64,000 nt of DNA from Pseudomonadota bacterium (GCA_028873515.1 JAGWIG010000008.1:5723-69722), one strand, 5' to 3'; numbered from the stretch's first letter, positions 21,191-30,157 are shown. Notes: generated from the letters alone by a model not told the origin. Made by a program: numbers and translations.

Positions 21191-21674
21191 ATTTTATGTC
21201 CTGAAAAAGAGTCACGCTGTTATCCGTTGCATCCTGGTGGACTGTAGTCCATTTGTGCTCTGGTTTTAATCCGGTTTCGCATTACAGATCCATCTGGTTC
21301 CCAGAAAAAGGCAAATACGTTGGTTCTGCCTGGTTTTGATGAACCTGTAATCCTGATATCTGTTGTTCTGGTGTAAGGGATTAAGGCTAAAAAAACGGGT
21401 TGAAAATTTCTTGCCCTTGTCTAATTCTTCAGGTCGGAGCAGAATATTCAGTGGTTGGGCTTGAGACTTCAAGGCTATGAGGAGGTTAGATCCTCTTTTT
21501 AAGAGACCTTTGCAGGCCCGTACAGAATTCGTAAAGACACTCTTCCTTATCCAGGCAGGGATATAAGCTGGTAGGTTAGGGGTCTGTGATCAGGTTATGT
21601 ATGAAGCTGTTTATTTAATAAACTGTTTTTGCGGTAATTTCGAGATATTTTTACAAACTGATTCAGGAGTCTGA

Positions 21675-21959
21675 ATGATGGATGATGATAAAAAGATTTC
21701 ACGGCGTTCATTTCTGAAAGGGGCCATGTTTCTTGCTGCGGGCACTGCGATTCCACTTGCTGCTTTCAGCCGTAATGCCCTGGCCGATGCGAAAGTTTCC
21801 AAGGCAGCAATGCATTATCAGGATACCCCGAATGGGAGCGCACATTGTTCAACCTGTATCCAGTTCATACCGGGTAGCGGTGGTGGAAATGGGACATGCA
21901 AGGTTGTAGCAGGATCAATCAGCCCCAATGGCTGGTGTCTTGCCTATGCTCCGAAATAA
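21675..21959 (+). CDS. hip: High-potential iron-sulfur protein (HiPIP), Tat-exported
   Basis: It has a twin-arginine signal (SRRSFLKGAMFLAAG...ALA). The four cluster Cys are in HiPIP spacing: HCSTCIQF, GTCKVV, NGWCLAY. Confidence 0.9.
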   Translation: MMDDDKKISRRSFLKGAMFLAAGTAIPLAAFSRNALADAKVSKAAMHYQDTPNGSAHCSTCIQFIPGSGGGNGTCKVVAGSISPNGWCLAYAPK

Positions 21960-22058
21960 ATGAACCTTTTTGCGCCGGCCCTGGCCGGCGCAATGCCTTC
22001 ATGAATTTCTTCAGCGTGTATACTGACAGAAGATAACCAGCTTTCAGGAGGATCTGGG

Positions 22059-22451
22059 ATGTTTGAGTATCAGGGAAAAGTATATGCACCTATGGAAGAC
22101 ATGATCGATTATTCGGATTTTACTCACAGGACTAAAACCTTTGATCCGGACTGGGTTGAACGATCCGGGTTTGTTGATGTCGCCCTAAGCAAGGGTTACA
22201 GGGTAGAGCCGGTTGATTCTGAACGGTTGTCTTTTATGTCCATGCAGGGGTGGAGTGCGTTTGCTGAATTTGATTCCGCGGAACAGGTTGTCAGTACAAT
22301 TGTGCATCCTGATCCAGGCAAACTCTGGGTTTATCGCCATGAAATACCACGTCTTGTGATACAGAAGTATCATATGGGGGATCCGGATGAGCTGAAATAT
22401 GCGCTCCAAAAGCGCAGGTTACTGGATACTGGAATCAGACCGCGTACGTGA
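22059..22451 (+). CDS. Hypothetical protein (130 aa), no recognisable family
   Basis: A clean ORF with no signal peptide. It converges on the Gre-like gene and overlaps it by 17 nt. The composition looks coding. Confidence 0.5.
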   Translation: MFEYQGKVYAPMEDMIDYSDFTHRTKTFDPDWVERSGFVDVALSKGYRVEPVDSERLSFMSMQGWSAFAEFDSAEQVVSTIVHPDPGKLWVYRHEIPRLVIQKYHMGDPDELKYALQKRRLLDTGIRPRT

Positions 22452-22935
22452 TTTGCATAATTTCGACGGGTGTGGCTTTGTTTTCACGTAACCAGATGAT
22501 GCGGTTTCCTGCCTGTTTGCCAAGGAGTTGACTTGCCAAGGGCGAGACCCAGCTTATCATCCCCTGTGTTGCGTCTGCTTCATCTTCTCCGACCAGGCGA
22601 AAACGGAACTTTTTACCTGAATCATCTTCAAGAGTCACCCATGCCCCGAAACGGACAACATCTTTCTGGCGCTCCTCATCACCAACAACGATGGCTGACT
22701 GAAGACGGGCCTGATAATAGCGCAGATCCCGCTCAAGAAGGGCTTTCTCGTGTTTTGCATGATCATCCTCTGCGGAAATTGTATCCAGCCGGGCATTTGA
22801 AAGGTTTTCAACTTTCCGTTTAAGCTGATTAAACCCTTCTTCTGTCATGTAGTTGGGATAGGGGCTGACCTGTCTTTCAGCAACAACATCAAGAGGTGAT
22901 GATGAGGTTTCTTCCTTGACGAAAGCACGGCTCAT
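22435..22935 (-). CDS. GreA/GreB-family transcription elongation factor homologue
   Basis: MSRAFVKEE... is followed by an N-terminal coiled coil and a C-terminal Gre domain (VRFGAWVTLEDDSGKKFRFRLVGEDEAD...ISWVSPLASQLLGKQAGN). ATG at 22935 is preceded by AGGAG. The tracked start at 22992 is an extension. Confidence 0.8.
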   Translation of the reverse strand: MSRAFVKEETSSSPLDVVAERQVSPYPNYMTEEGFNQLKRKVENLSNARLDTISAEDDHAKHEKALLERDLRYYQARLQSAIVVGDEERQKDVVRFGAWVTLEDDSGKKFRFRLVGEDEADATQGMISWVSPLASQLLGKQAGNRIIWLRENKATPVEIMQITYAV

Positions 22936-23073
22936 GAATGTGCTCCTTAGGTGAGGTTTCCTGTTGCGGCAGCTTGCCCAGAAGCTTTCCACGATGGGGG
23001 GAAGATGGGGAAGATTTCAAGGAAGGTCGGGCAGTTTGTGATTAAGGTTTCCAGTCTTACCCTGAAAATACCT

Positions 23074-23370
23074 TCAACCAAAACGGGCGAGCGCTTCGGC
23101 GATCAGCTCAGCTTCCTCCTTTAACAGTTCCCAGCTTTTCTTTGGATCTGCAACCGTTTCACGTATCAGGCCTCCAAAAAGCTCATGGTAAGCCTTATCC
23201 AGGGTACGTCGGCTTTGGGCTAGCTGGGTTGCGATTTTGCTGTAGTCTGCATCACTCACCATGAGTTTTTGCAATGATTTCATCTGGTTTTCTACGCGTT
23301 TGAACTTTGCAAGGAGATCAGTCTTGCGTTGGGATGTTCCGGTCGTATCCGGCATATCGTGCTTCTCCAT
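23074..23370 (-). CDS. CsoR/RcnR/FrmR-family (DUF156) repressor-like protein lacking all canonical metal ligands
   Basis: 98 aa. LLAKFKRVENQMKSLQKLMVSDADYSKIATQLAQSRRTLDKAYHELFGGLIRETV aligns position-for-position with the CsoR helices. The protein contains no Cys. Confidence 0.65.
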   Translation of the reverse strand: MEKHDMPDTTGTSQRKTDLLAKFKRVENQMKSLQKLMVSDADYSKIATQLAQSRRTLDKAYHELFGGLIRETVADPKKSWELLKEEAELIAEALARFG

Positions 23371-23628
23371 CGTGATGAGTTCCTAGTATGGTGTTTTCCA
23401 CGCAGGATTTCAATCAGGATGCTCCTTATCCTTCGCAGATTCTGACTGGTAACGTTTAAAAAATGTAGAAATGAGATGTAGTCACGCTGTGGGCATGATG
23501 CTGCTTTATCAATCTGCACCGGTGTTAGCCAGTGCGACTGGAATCATTATGGATTAGGCAGCCAGTCATGGAAGAGCCCAGGTGTTTTCATCAGGAGTCA
23601 GCAGGATGGGATTCTGTAACAGGCTGGC

Positions 23629-24276
23629 CTAATGACCGGCGCGTTTGTCAGCCTGTGCCTTGGCAAGCAGCTTGTCAAGAATGATATAGAGCCTGTCTGG
23701 GCTACCCGCAAATCCCATGTTGGTTACATAACGACGATCAACAACCAGGGTTGGCAGCTCCAGAACCGAGTACCGTCTTGCGAGTTCTGCAGCTTTTTTC
23801 AGATGCTGATCGACAACCCTGGAATGGATTTTGGCTTCGAACGTCGCCATTTGCACACCATGGTTGGTCAACCAGGCTACAAGTGCGTCCCCATTACCGA
23901 GATCCAGGTTGTTGATGTGGATGCTATGGTAAATGAGGAGGTGAAAGCGTTCACCATAGCCGCTGGCTTGAAGTGTGTAATAGATTCGGGCGGCGGGTTC
24001 TTCATTCCCGAAAGGGATAGGTACATGAATGAGCCTGACTTCATTTTTGTGGTAATGTGCCCATGAATTGAGAAGGCTATCCAGTTCGAAACACTTGTCG
24101 CTCTGATACCAGAAAAATTCCATGACCGGAATCTTGTGTTCATTTGGCTTTTGATAGCCCGGAACATCGAGATAATCATGGCCATAAACGAGCTCGGCCT
24201 GGGCATTTACATACAGACAAGCCAGTACAAGAAATAAAGGAAAAGCAAGATAGGTTCTAAAATGGTGCTGAAACAC
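23629..24276 (-). CDS. DsbA-family thioredoxin-fold protein with SxxC instead of CxxC
   Basis: It has a signal peptide. VMEFFWYQSDKCFELD aligns with E. coli DsbA VLEFFSFFCPHCYQFE. The cis-Pro loop is retained (LELPTLVVD). Confidence 0.8.
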   Translation of the reverse strand: MFQHHFRTYLAFPLFLVLACLYVNAQAELVYGHDYLDVPGYQKPNEHKIPVMEFFWYQSDKCFELDSLLNSWAHYHKNEVRLIHVPIPFGNEEPAARIYYTLQASGYGERFHLLIYHSIHINNLDLGNGDALVAWLTNHGVQMATFEAKIHSRVVDQHLKKAAELARRYSVLELPTLVVDRRYVTNMGFAGSPDRLYIILDKLLAKAQADKRAGH

Positions 24277-24500
24277 TTATATACTCCCATGAACAGCTTG
24301 TTTGCAAGATTAACCGTTATCGTGAATTTGTGAAAGCCCTGATAAGACAATACCTGAAGGGTTGGTAACACGGGTTCGAGCCATGTTGTTTTCCTTTTTT
24401 TCTATTATGGCATGGTTTATCCTGTTTTTCTTCCCTGTTTGGTTTGTCCTGAAGTTTCAGGAGCTGGTTTTCTGCCACTTTATTATCTTTGTTTGCCTTG

Positions 24501-25112
24501 TTAATCCTTTTGTTCAACCAGACGTTTTACGTCTGCAGCTATCTCGGCAGAAGTGTCGTCTGGCAGGGCTATGAGTCGTGCCTTACCCTCTTTGTCAAAC
24601 ACGAAAACACCGATGCTATGGGAGATCGTATAATTTCCTGAAGCATCAGCCGTAAGAGGGGTATAGGTGACCCGGTAGCGTTCAGCCAGGGTTCTAAGCT
24701 CGGAATGGCTGGGTTGAAGCCCGATAAATTGAGGGTTGAATGCGCTGACATAGTTTTTGAGCAGGGCCGGAGTATCCCGTTTTGGATCGACCGTGACGAA
24801 GATTACCTGTGTATCCCTGGCTGCAGGACCCAGTTTTTTCATGGCAACGGCAAGCTTTGCAAGGGTGTCAGGGCAGAAGTCTGGGCAATGGGTGTAGCCA
24901 AAGTAAAGCAGGACCACTTTCCCGGTGAAATTTTTCTGGGTGAATATTTGGCCGTTCTCGCCCTTAAGTGTAAAATTCAGCGGTGCAACAAGCCCGGAAA
25001 CATCCTTGAGATGCCAGGGTTTAGCCGCTGAATGACAGCTGGTAAGCATCGAGGCGACAAGGAGTGGAAGAGTCAATCGGGTGAGAAATAGCCACACGTT
25101 TGCTTTTTTCAT
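24501..25112 (-). CDS. sco1: SCO1/SenC copper chaperone (lipoprotein)
   Basis: It has a lipobox (MLTSC), the Trx-fold CxxxC motif (YFGYTHCPDFCPDTL) and a distal His (ISHSIGVFVFD). Confidence 0.92.
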   Translation of the reverse strand: MKKANVWLFLTRLTLPLLVASMLTSCHSAAKPWHLKDVSGLVAPLNFTLKGENGQIFTQKNFTGKVVLLYFGYTHCPDFCPDTLAKLAVAMKKLGPAARDTQVIFVTVDPKRDTPALLKNYVSAFNPQFIGLQPSHSELRTLAERYRVTYTPLTADASGNYTISHSIGVFVFDKEGKARLIALPDDTSAEIAADVKRLVEQKD

Positions 25113-25181
25113 GTTTTATTTTCCAGTTTGTGAGTCTGCCTGGTAAGGTTTGATTGCAGCTGACAGGGTTGTTAATTGATT

Positions 25182-26120
25182 ATGAATGCGCTCTCTCCCA
25201 GGTTACGATTGTTCAGGCCAAATATTCCGATCATCCTGATTCTTCTGGCAGTGATTTTCCTGGATTTCGTTCCTTCTGGCATGAGAAATTTTCTTTTGCC
25301 CTGGAATTTTTCACCGTTTATATTTTGCCTGACCATATTCTGTGGTTTCTCTTATGCTCGTGGCATGGGTGTGCTGCGACGACAGGGTTTGCCCAGGGGT
25401 TTTTGGAAGCCTCTTTCTTTCTGGCTTTCCCTGGGCCTGTTTTATGGGATGTTGCAGACAAGATTCGATTATTATGCGCAACACGTGTTTTTTATGCATC
25501 GTCTTCAACATATGGTTTTGCATCATCTTGCTCCATTTTTAATGGCCCTGTCCTGGCCTCAGCAGGTTTTGAAAGCCGGCATGCCCTCATTCATTTCAAG
25601 CCGCTGGTTACCCCGAATCCAGCAGAATCACATCATGAAAAGGACCTTCAATTTTCTTCAGCACCCATTTGTCAGCCCGGTACTGTTTGTTGGGATTATT
25701 TATTTCTGGCTCTGGCCAGCCTTGCATTTCGATGCGATGATCAATCTTCACCTATATAATATCATGAACTGGAGCATGGCCTTTGACGGGCTCCTGTTCT
25801 GGTTTCTAATGTGCGATCCAAGGCCCTATCCGGTATCTCGTATTGCTTTTGGGCGCCGGATTCTTATCCTGTGGGCAATCATGCTGCCGCAAATAGCCTT
25901 GGGCGCAGTCATTGCCCTGTCCCCGGTTGATCTGTATCCCTCCTATGCGCTTTGTGGCCGGGCGTTCAATATTAATCCGATTGTGGATCAGCACTTGGGC
26001 GGCCTGATTACCTGGATTCCCTCAAGCATGATGAGTGCCATTGGTTCACTTGCGGTTCTGAGGATGATGGTACGTCATGACGAGCGGATCCATGAAGCCT
26101 TGAGAGTTGAAAGAACCTAA
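25182..26120 (+). CDS. ctaG: Cytochrome c oxidase assembly factor CtaG (caa3-type, polytopic membrane)
   Basis: It has ~7 TM segments. HRLQHMVLHHLAPFLMALSWP and GGLITWIPSSMM are typical of the Caa3_CtaG family. ATG at 25182; the tracked TTG is at 25176. Confidence 0.8.
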   Translation: MNALSPRLRLFRPNIPIILILLAVIFLDFVPSGMRNFLLPWNFSPFIFCLTIFCGFSYARGMGVLRRQGLPRGFWKPLSFWLSLGLFYGMLQTRFDYYAQHVFFMHRLQHMVLHHLAPFLMALSWPQQVLKAGMPSFISSRWLPRIQQNHIMKRTFNFLQHPFVSPVLFVGIIYFWLWPALHFDAMINLHLYNIMNWSMAFDGLLFWFLMCDPRPYPVSRIAFGRRILILWAIMLPQIALGAVIALSPVDLYPSYALCGRAFNINPIVDQHLGGLITWIPSSMMSAIGSLAVLRMMVRHDERIHEALRVERT

Positions 26121-26557
26121 CCTGCAGGGCCCTTGACGATAAACCGGATAACAACTTCTCTGCCACCAGAGAAGTGCAGGGTAATGGGCACGGTCTCGCC
26201 AGGCTTCAATGTTTTTTTCGCCCCTTCCAGCATGAGGTGATCCCCGTCAGGTGCAAACGAAATCTGGCCATGTGCCGGGATTATTATGGTCTTCAGGGGC
26301 AGCATTTCTTCCATGCCGTTCATGGTCATGCTCTGATGCATCATGGCGCGAGCATAGTCTGGGCTGGAAGCGCCTACAAGGACGAACACATGGCCTGAAT
26401 GATTAAGCAGTTTAAAATATCCTGCTGCAGGAAGCTGCTCGGGAAGCAGCCGGATCCATGCATGGCTTATCTGTAAATCCTGCGCGCTGGCGGATAAAGA
26501 CCAGATGAAACCTAAAAAGGCTGCAGCAATCAGCTTGCGAGTCATCATTACGAGCAT
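26117..26557 (-). CDS. Periplasmic copper chaperone PCu(A)C (DUF461)
   Basis: It has a signal peptide. ISHAWIRLLP...AGYFKLLN...MMHQSMTMNGMEEMLPL...DGDHLMLEG is the H-x(n)-M-x(n)-H-x-M Cu(I) motif. The start may be the 4th codon (26548). Confidence 0.88.
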   Translation of the reverse strand: MLVMMTRKLIAAAFLGFIWSLSASAQDLQISHAWIRLLPEQLPAAGYFKLLNHSGHVFVLVGASSPDYARAMMHQSMTMNGMEEMLPLKTIIIPAHGQISFAPDGDHLMLEGAKKTLKPGETVPITLHFSGGREVVIRFIVKGPAG

Positions 26558-26660
26558 TCCTTAAAAGGCATTATGTGATTGAACGAAATTTAGCCGGCTC
26601 CTGGCAGGCTCCTGAGGTGTTTTGGCCATGGGAAACCCGCTAAACAATATTGTTCTTATG

Positions 26661-27266
26661 TTATTTGAGGATTCCTTCCGTTTTCAGGGCATGGGTGACT
26701 CCGGATCTTTCCTGCATCCGGTCCATGTAGGCAACAAGGTTCGGCCAGGGGTTCAATTTAATGCCAACATATCGGGTCCAGCGTAGAACAGTGAAAAGAT
26801 AGCAGTCTGCCACACCGAATTCATTCATGAGGTAGGGTTTTTCTCCAAGCTGGCTAGAAACCCAGTCCAGCCGTCTACCAACAAGTTCGTTGACACTATG
26901 GCGCCAGCTATCCGGCATGTTCTGGTTAAAAAGCGAACCAATGGGTTTATGCAATTCGGAAGTGATGAAATTGAGCCATTCCTGTAGGGCATAGCGAGCC
27001 CGGCTGCCTGCAGGCGGGGCAAGATGAAGGCTGGGTTTTAGATCTGCTATGTACTGCAGGATGGCCGGACCTTCTGTCAGAACAGTGCCATCATCCAGAC
27101 CAAGTACAGGAACGTAGCCTTTGGCATTGATTTCAAGAAAATTTTCACCCTTTTCAGTTTGTTTGGCTTTGAGATCCACCTTGACCAGATCAAAAGGCAG
27201 GCCTGCTTCGAGCAAGGCGATATGGGGAGAAAGGGAACAGGCACCTTGTGAATAATAAAGTTTCAA
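26661..27266 (-). CDS. gst: Glutathione S-transferase (beta class, GstA-like)
   Basis: MKLYYSQGACSLSPHIALLEAGLPF...INAKGYVPVL...GPAILQYIAD matches the beta-class N-terminal domain with catalytic Cys10. Confidence 0.9.
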   Translation of the reverse strand: MKLYYSQGACSLSPHIALLEAGLPFDLVKVDLKAKQTEKGENFLEINAKGYVPVLGLDDGTVLTEGPAILQYIADLKPSLHLAPPAGSRARYALQEWLNFITSELHKPIGSLFNQNMPDSWRHSVNELVGRRLDWVSSQLGEKPYLMNEFGVADCYLFTVLRWTRYVGIKLNPWPNLVAYMDRMQERSGVTHALKTEGILK

Positions 27267-27653
27267 TTCTGGCTCCTTAGGATAGGTAGGCGGACAAGTT
27301 TAATGGCTGTTTTGTGACTGGATACTTCTGGGTTTGCATGATTTTATCATAGTGTTGTAAGGGTGCACATTCCCAGGAAAGCGGGGTTTGAATGATTGCA
27401 GGGTTCTTCCGTGCCGGGTTTACCGGCAAATACCCGGAGAGGTTATCTCCTGGTGGAATGTCAGGAGTTATTCAGCAGTATGGTCAGTTTCCCCGTGTGT
27501 GGATTATGTTTGGGCATGAAAAACCTGACTGGCAAGGATCGGATCCGGTATGGAATCTGTCTGCAGGAAGTCCGTGTGGGCAGGTAAGGATTGTCGTGAT
27601 GAAACCTGTGCCCTGTTGAATCAAGGCGTGTTTGCTGAAGTCATTCCCCCGGG

Positions 27654-27890
27654 TTAGAGGTGGCTGTGTGTTCCATCGCAAAATGGCATTGAACCTGTAT
27701 GTTTGCATCCGCACAACCAGACTTTCTTTTTTTCTGCCAGCGTGAACTTTACTGGAGCAAAAACAGTTCCCTTATGGGATCCATCACAGAAGGGCTGGTT
27801 ATTTGAGCGGCCACACCGGCACCAGAAGTAGTCTCCCGCCTCCAGGTCAACTGCGAAGGGTAGTTTTTGTGCAATAACAGGCTGGGTCAT
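27654..27890 (-). CDS. CDGSH-type [2Fe-2S] domain protein (two CDGSH motifs)
   Basis: 78 aa with CRCGRSNNQPFCDGSHK and CGCKHTGSMPFCDGTH. Confidence 0.9.
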   Translation of the reverse strand: MTQPVIAQKLPFAVDLEAGDYFWCRCGRSNNQPFCDGSHKGTVFAPVKFTLAEKKKVWLCGCKHTGSMPFCDGTHSHL

Positions 27891-27952
27891 GTCAGTTCTC
27901 CAGTATTCAGGTTTTGAACATCATATCGATAATTTTCCGGTTCGCCAACCTG

Positions 27953-29875
27953 TTATCTGGATACATAGTTGTTGGCCTGATTGAGGAGCGCGGGACAATT
28001 CGCCTCTGAGCTGTTTCCTACCCCGATAGTCGCTAAAAGAGCGCCTGCTGGTGCAAACAGGACCCCGAGTGTTACCGCGGCTCCGGCACGTAGAATGAGG
28101 GGGAATTTCTTGACCTGTATTCTGGGATGTTCAAATGATCCTGTAACCTCAAAGGGAGTGCGGGGCCGAATCAGACTGAAATGATGGGGTTGCCCAAGCA
28201 TTGCAAGATGGAGATGCTCTTTGCCAAAATCGATCTGTCCTGTTCCCGCTACATCCGAATCAGAAGTCGAGAGCAGGAGTTCATGTACCTGCATCAAGCC
28301 ATCGTGGATTCCTCCTGCGGCGACGGCACAACGAATTTTTTCATTTTTGTCCTTAAAAAGATAGGGCAGGGATCCTGAAAGATCAATGCCAGACAGTTTG
28401 ATTAGAAGAGCGCTTATTTTTCCTCCTGCCATGTCGGCCATGACGCGTCCATTGGCGTGAGCGAGCATTGAGGCGATGGAATTTCCTTTCATGTCAAGAA
28501 GACCTGATCCATTGAGGCTTCCGGCACTGGTTTGTGCGAATCTGGAATGACCGAGAAGGGGTTTGAGCTGAAGATGTTCAATATGAATGCGCACCTTCGT
28601 TTGCATGGTCCGGTTTTGGGCATTCAAGGTCAACTGTGTGGCCAGAGTCCCATGTGCGACACCAAAATTGAGGGGATTCAAGGTCAGGATGCCCTTCCTG
28701 ATCTGTGCATGGGCCACCAGGTTCTCAATAGGCAGAGATGGGGAGATAACCTGTTCACCGCTAAAACGGATATTGGCATCCATGGCGTTGAGCTTGTCAG
28801 GGTTGTATGGGGTATTCGGGAGAATGCGTCCATTGTGAGCGTGGATGCGAGGGGTGTTTTGTGCCCCTTTCTTGCTTCCTCCGATAAAGCCTGCGAGATC
28901 CTTGAAGACCAGATGTCTGGAAGTGAGGTCTGCTTTTAGGAAATTCCGTGGGGAATGCAAAGTGACTGAAAGGTTGCCTTCCAGATCGCTTTTCCCTACC
29001 TGGCCTGAAAAATTGTTCAATGCCCAGTAATGGGGCCGATGGACGAGATTGCCGGTCACGTGGTATGCAGAGGTGGTTGGAAAGGGAAGCCCGAGAATGG
29101 GGTAGAGTCCGGCGAGATCCTCTCCAGACAGCGTAAGCACTACATTGAGGCCTCTGAGGTGGAGGGGATCGGTAAGGGTGCCTGAGGCGTGGATCTGGTT
29201 TGGTCCGACATGACCTGAAAAATTCATGGGGTAAGGAGTATTCTGGTTACGAAGGGTTAAAAGCGTGCCCCCTTTACCATTCAGATTTAACGGTTCATGA
29301 TGAAGCTGACCTGTGGCATGGATCAGTATTGAGGGTGTTCCTGCGGTCTGCTCGGTGTCAACGCTTGCCAGCACATCGGTTCCGTCAAAGGAAGAGCGGT
29401 ATTCAAGATGACCTCCATGGATAATGATTTTTCCAATCTTGACGGATGCCCCTTTTCCATTGCCCATGACCCAGTTGCCCTGGTCTTTCGTGTTCTTTTC
29501 CAGTAAGAGGCGCGGATTGGTAAGCTGGATTTTGGGCAAGATGGTTTGACCCCGTATAAGCGCGGGAAGATCCAGATCGAATGTGACTTCTTCTATCTGC
29601 AGCATGGGTAAGGGTTTGGCCCAGGGGGCATTGGCCAGGGTCACATCTTTCATATCGATGCGGGGAGTCAGGGACCAGTCGATCGCCAGATTGCCACCAA
29701 TCTGAAATTTGCGGCCCAGTTTTCGACTTTCAGTTCTGTTGATATAAGGTTTCATCCAGTTCGGATGCGTGGCCATCCATAGTATGGCTGAAATGAGGAG
29801 GACGGATAATCCGATTATCATAGGGATGATTAGCCGGCGGCTGAAATGACGGGCAGGGTTGCGAATTAGGGTCAT
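27953..29875 (-). CDS. asmA: AsmA-family envelope protein
   Basis: 640 aa. A single N-terminal TM anchor (LIIPMIIGLSVLLISAILWMA) precedes a long beta-rich periplasmic region with an AsmA-like repetitive pattern and a hydrophobic C-terminus. Confidence 0.75.
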   Translation of the reverse strand: MTLIRNPARHFSRRLIIPMIIGLSVLLISAILWMATHPNWMKPYINRTESRKLGRKFQIGGNLAIDWSLTPRIDMKDVTLANAPWAKPLPMLQIEEVTFDLDLPALIRGQTILPKIQLTNPRLLLEKNTKDQGNWVMGNGKGASVKIGKIIIHGGHLEYRSSFDGTDVLASVDTEQTAGTPSILIHATGQLHHEPLNLNGKGGTLLTLRNQNTPYPMNFSGHVGPNQIHASGTLTDPLHLRGLNVVLTLSGEDLAGLYPILGLPFPTTSAYHVTGNLVHRPHYWALNNFSGQVGKSDLEGNLSVTLHSPRNFLKADLTSRHLVFKDLAGFIGGSKKGAQNTPRIHAHNGRILPNTPYNPDKLNAMDANIRFSGEQVISPSLPIENLVAHAQIRKGILTLNPLNFGVAHGTLATQLTLNAQNRTMQTKVRIHIEHLQLKPLLGHSRFAQTSAGSLNGSGLLDMKGNSIASMLAHANGRVMADMAGGKISALLIKLSGIDLSGSLPYLFKDKNEKIRCAVAAGGIHDGLMQVHELLLSTSDSDVAGTGQIDFGKEHLHLAMLGQPHHFSLIRPRTPFEVTGSFEHPRIQVKKFPLILRAGAAVTLGVLFAPAGALLATIGVGNSSEANCPALLNQANNYVSR

Positions 29876-30157
29876 GAACTAAGCCTTGTGAATAGCCGGG
29901 AAAAGACGGGCAGGGATCTATCTTACCGGCTGTGACATTTTTCCTGCAAGGAATCATGGCCAATGATTCCATTCTTGTTTTTATTTGGCAGGATAAGCAA
30001 CACATCGGAATTTTTTTGATCTAATGCAGCAAGCGGGTTAAGAGCATCTGGTATTTTTGCAGTTGAAGCGCAGCATGCGGGAGAAACTGGCAGCTTTTGG
30101 ATCCTGAACGTTTCCTGCAGGCTCTGGTTTATTTGATTAATCCTGAACGGAAGTGCC

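Noticed and set aside
21266-21472. A 68-aa minus-strand ORF, and another open frame (…VFAFFWEPDGSVM…), in the cupredoxin-HiPIP spacer
   Set aside because: Neither has a usable start codon or Shine-Dalgarno sequence, and I recognise no motif. I treat the region as non-coding, or at most a relic.
21971-21992. A perfect 9-bp GC-rich hairpin (TGCGCCGGC-CCTG-GCCGGCGCA) after the HiPIP gene
   Set aside because: No U-tract follows it, so I cannot call it an intrinsic terminator. It may be an RNA-stabilising hairpin.
24317-24574. A Lys-rich 66-aa ORF (minus strand) and a hydrophobic 70-aa ORF (plus strand) between the DsbA-like gene and sco1
   Set aside because: They are low-complexity translations of an AT-rich spacer, and one overlaps the sco1 3' end. 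There is no supporting signal.
27392-27714. ORFs of 75, 63 and 76 aa in the gst-CDGSH spacer
   Set aside because: They overlap one another with no Shine-Dalgarno sequence and no motifs. One runs into the CDGSH gene.
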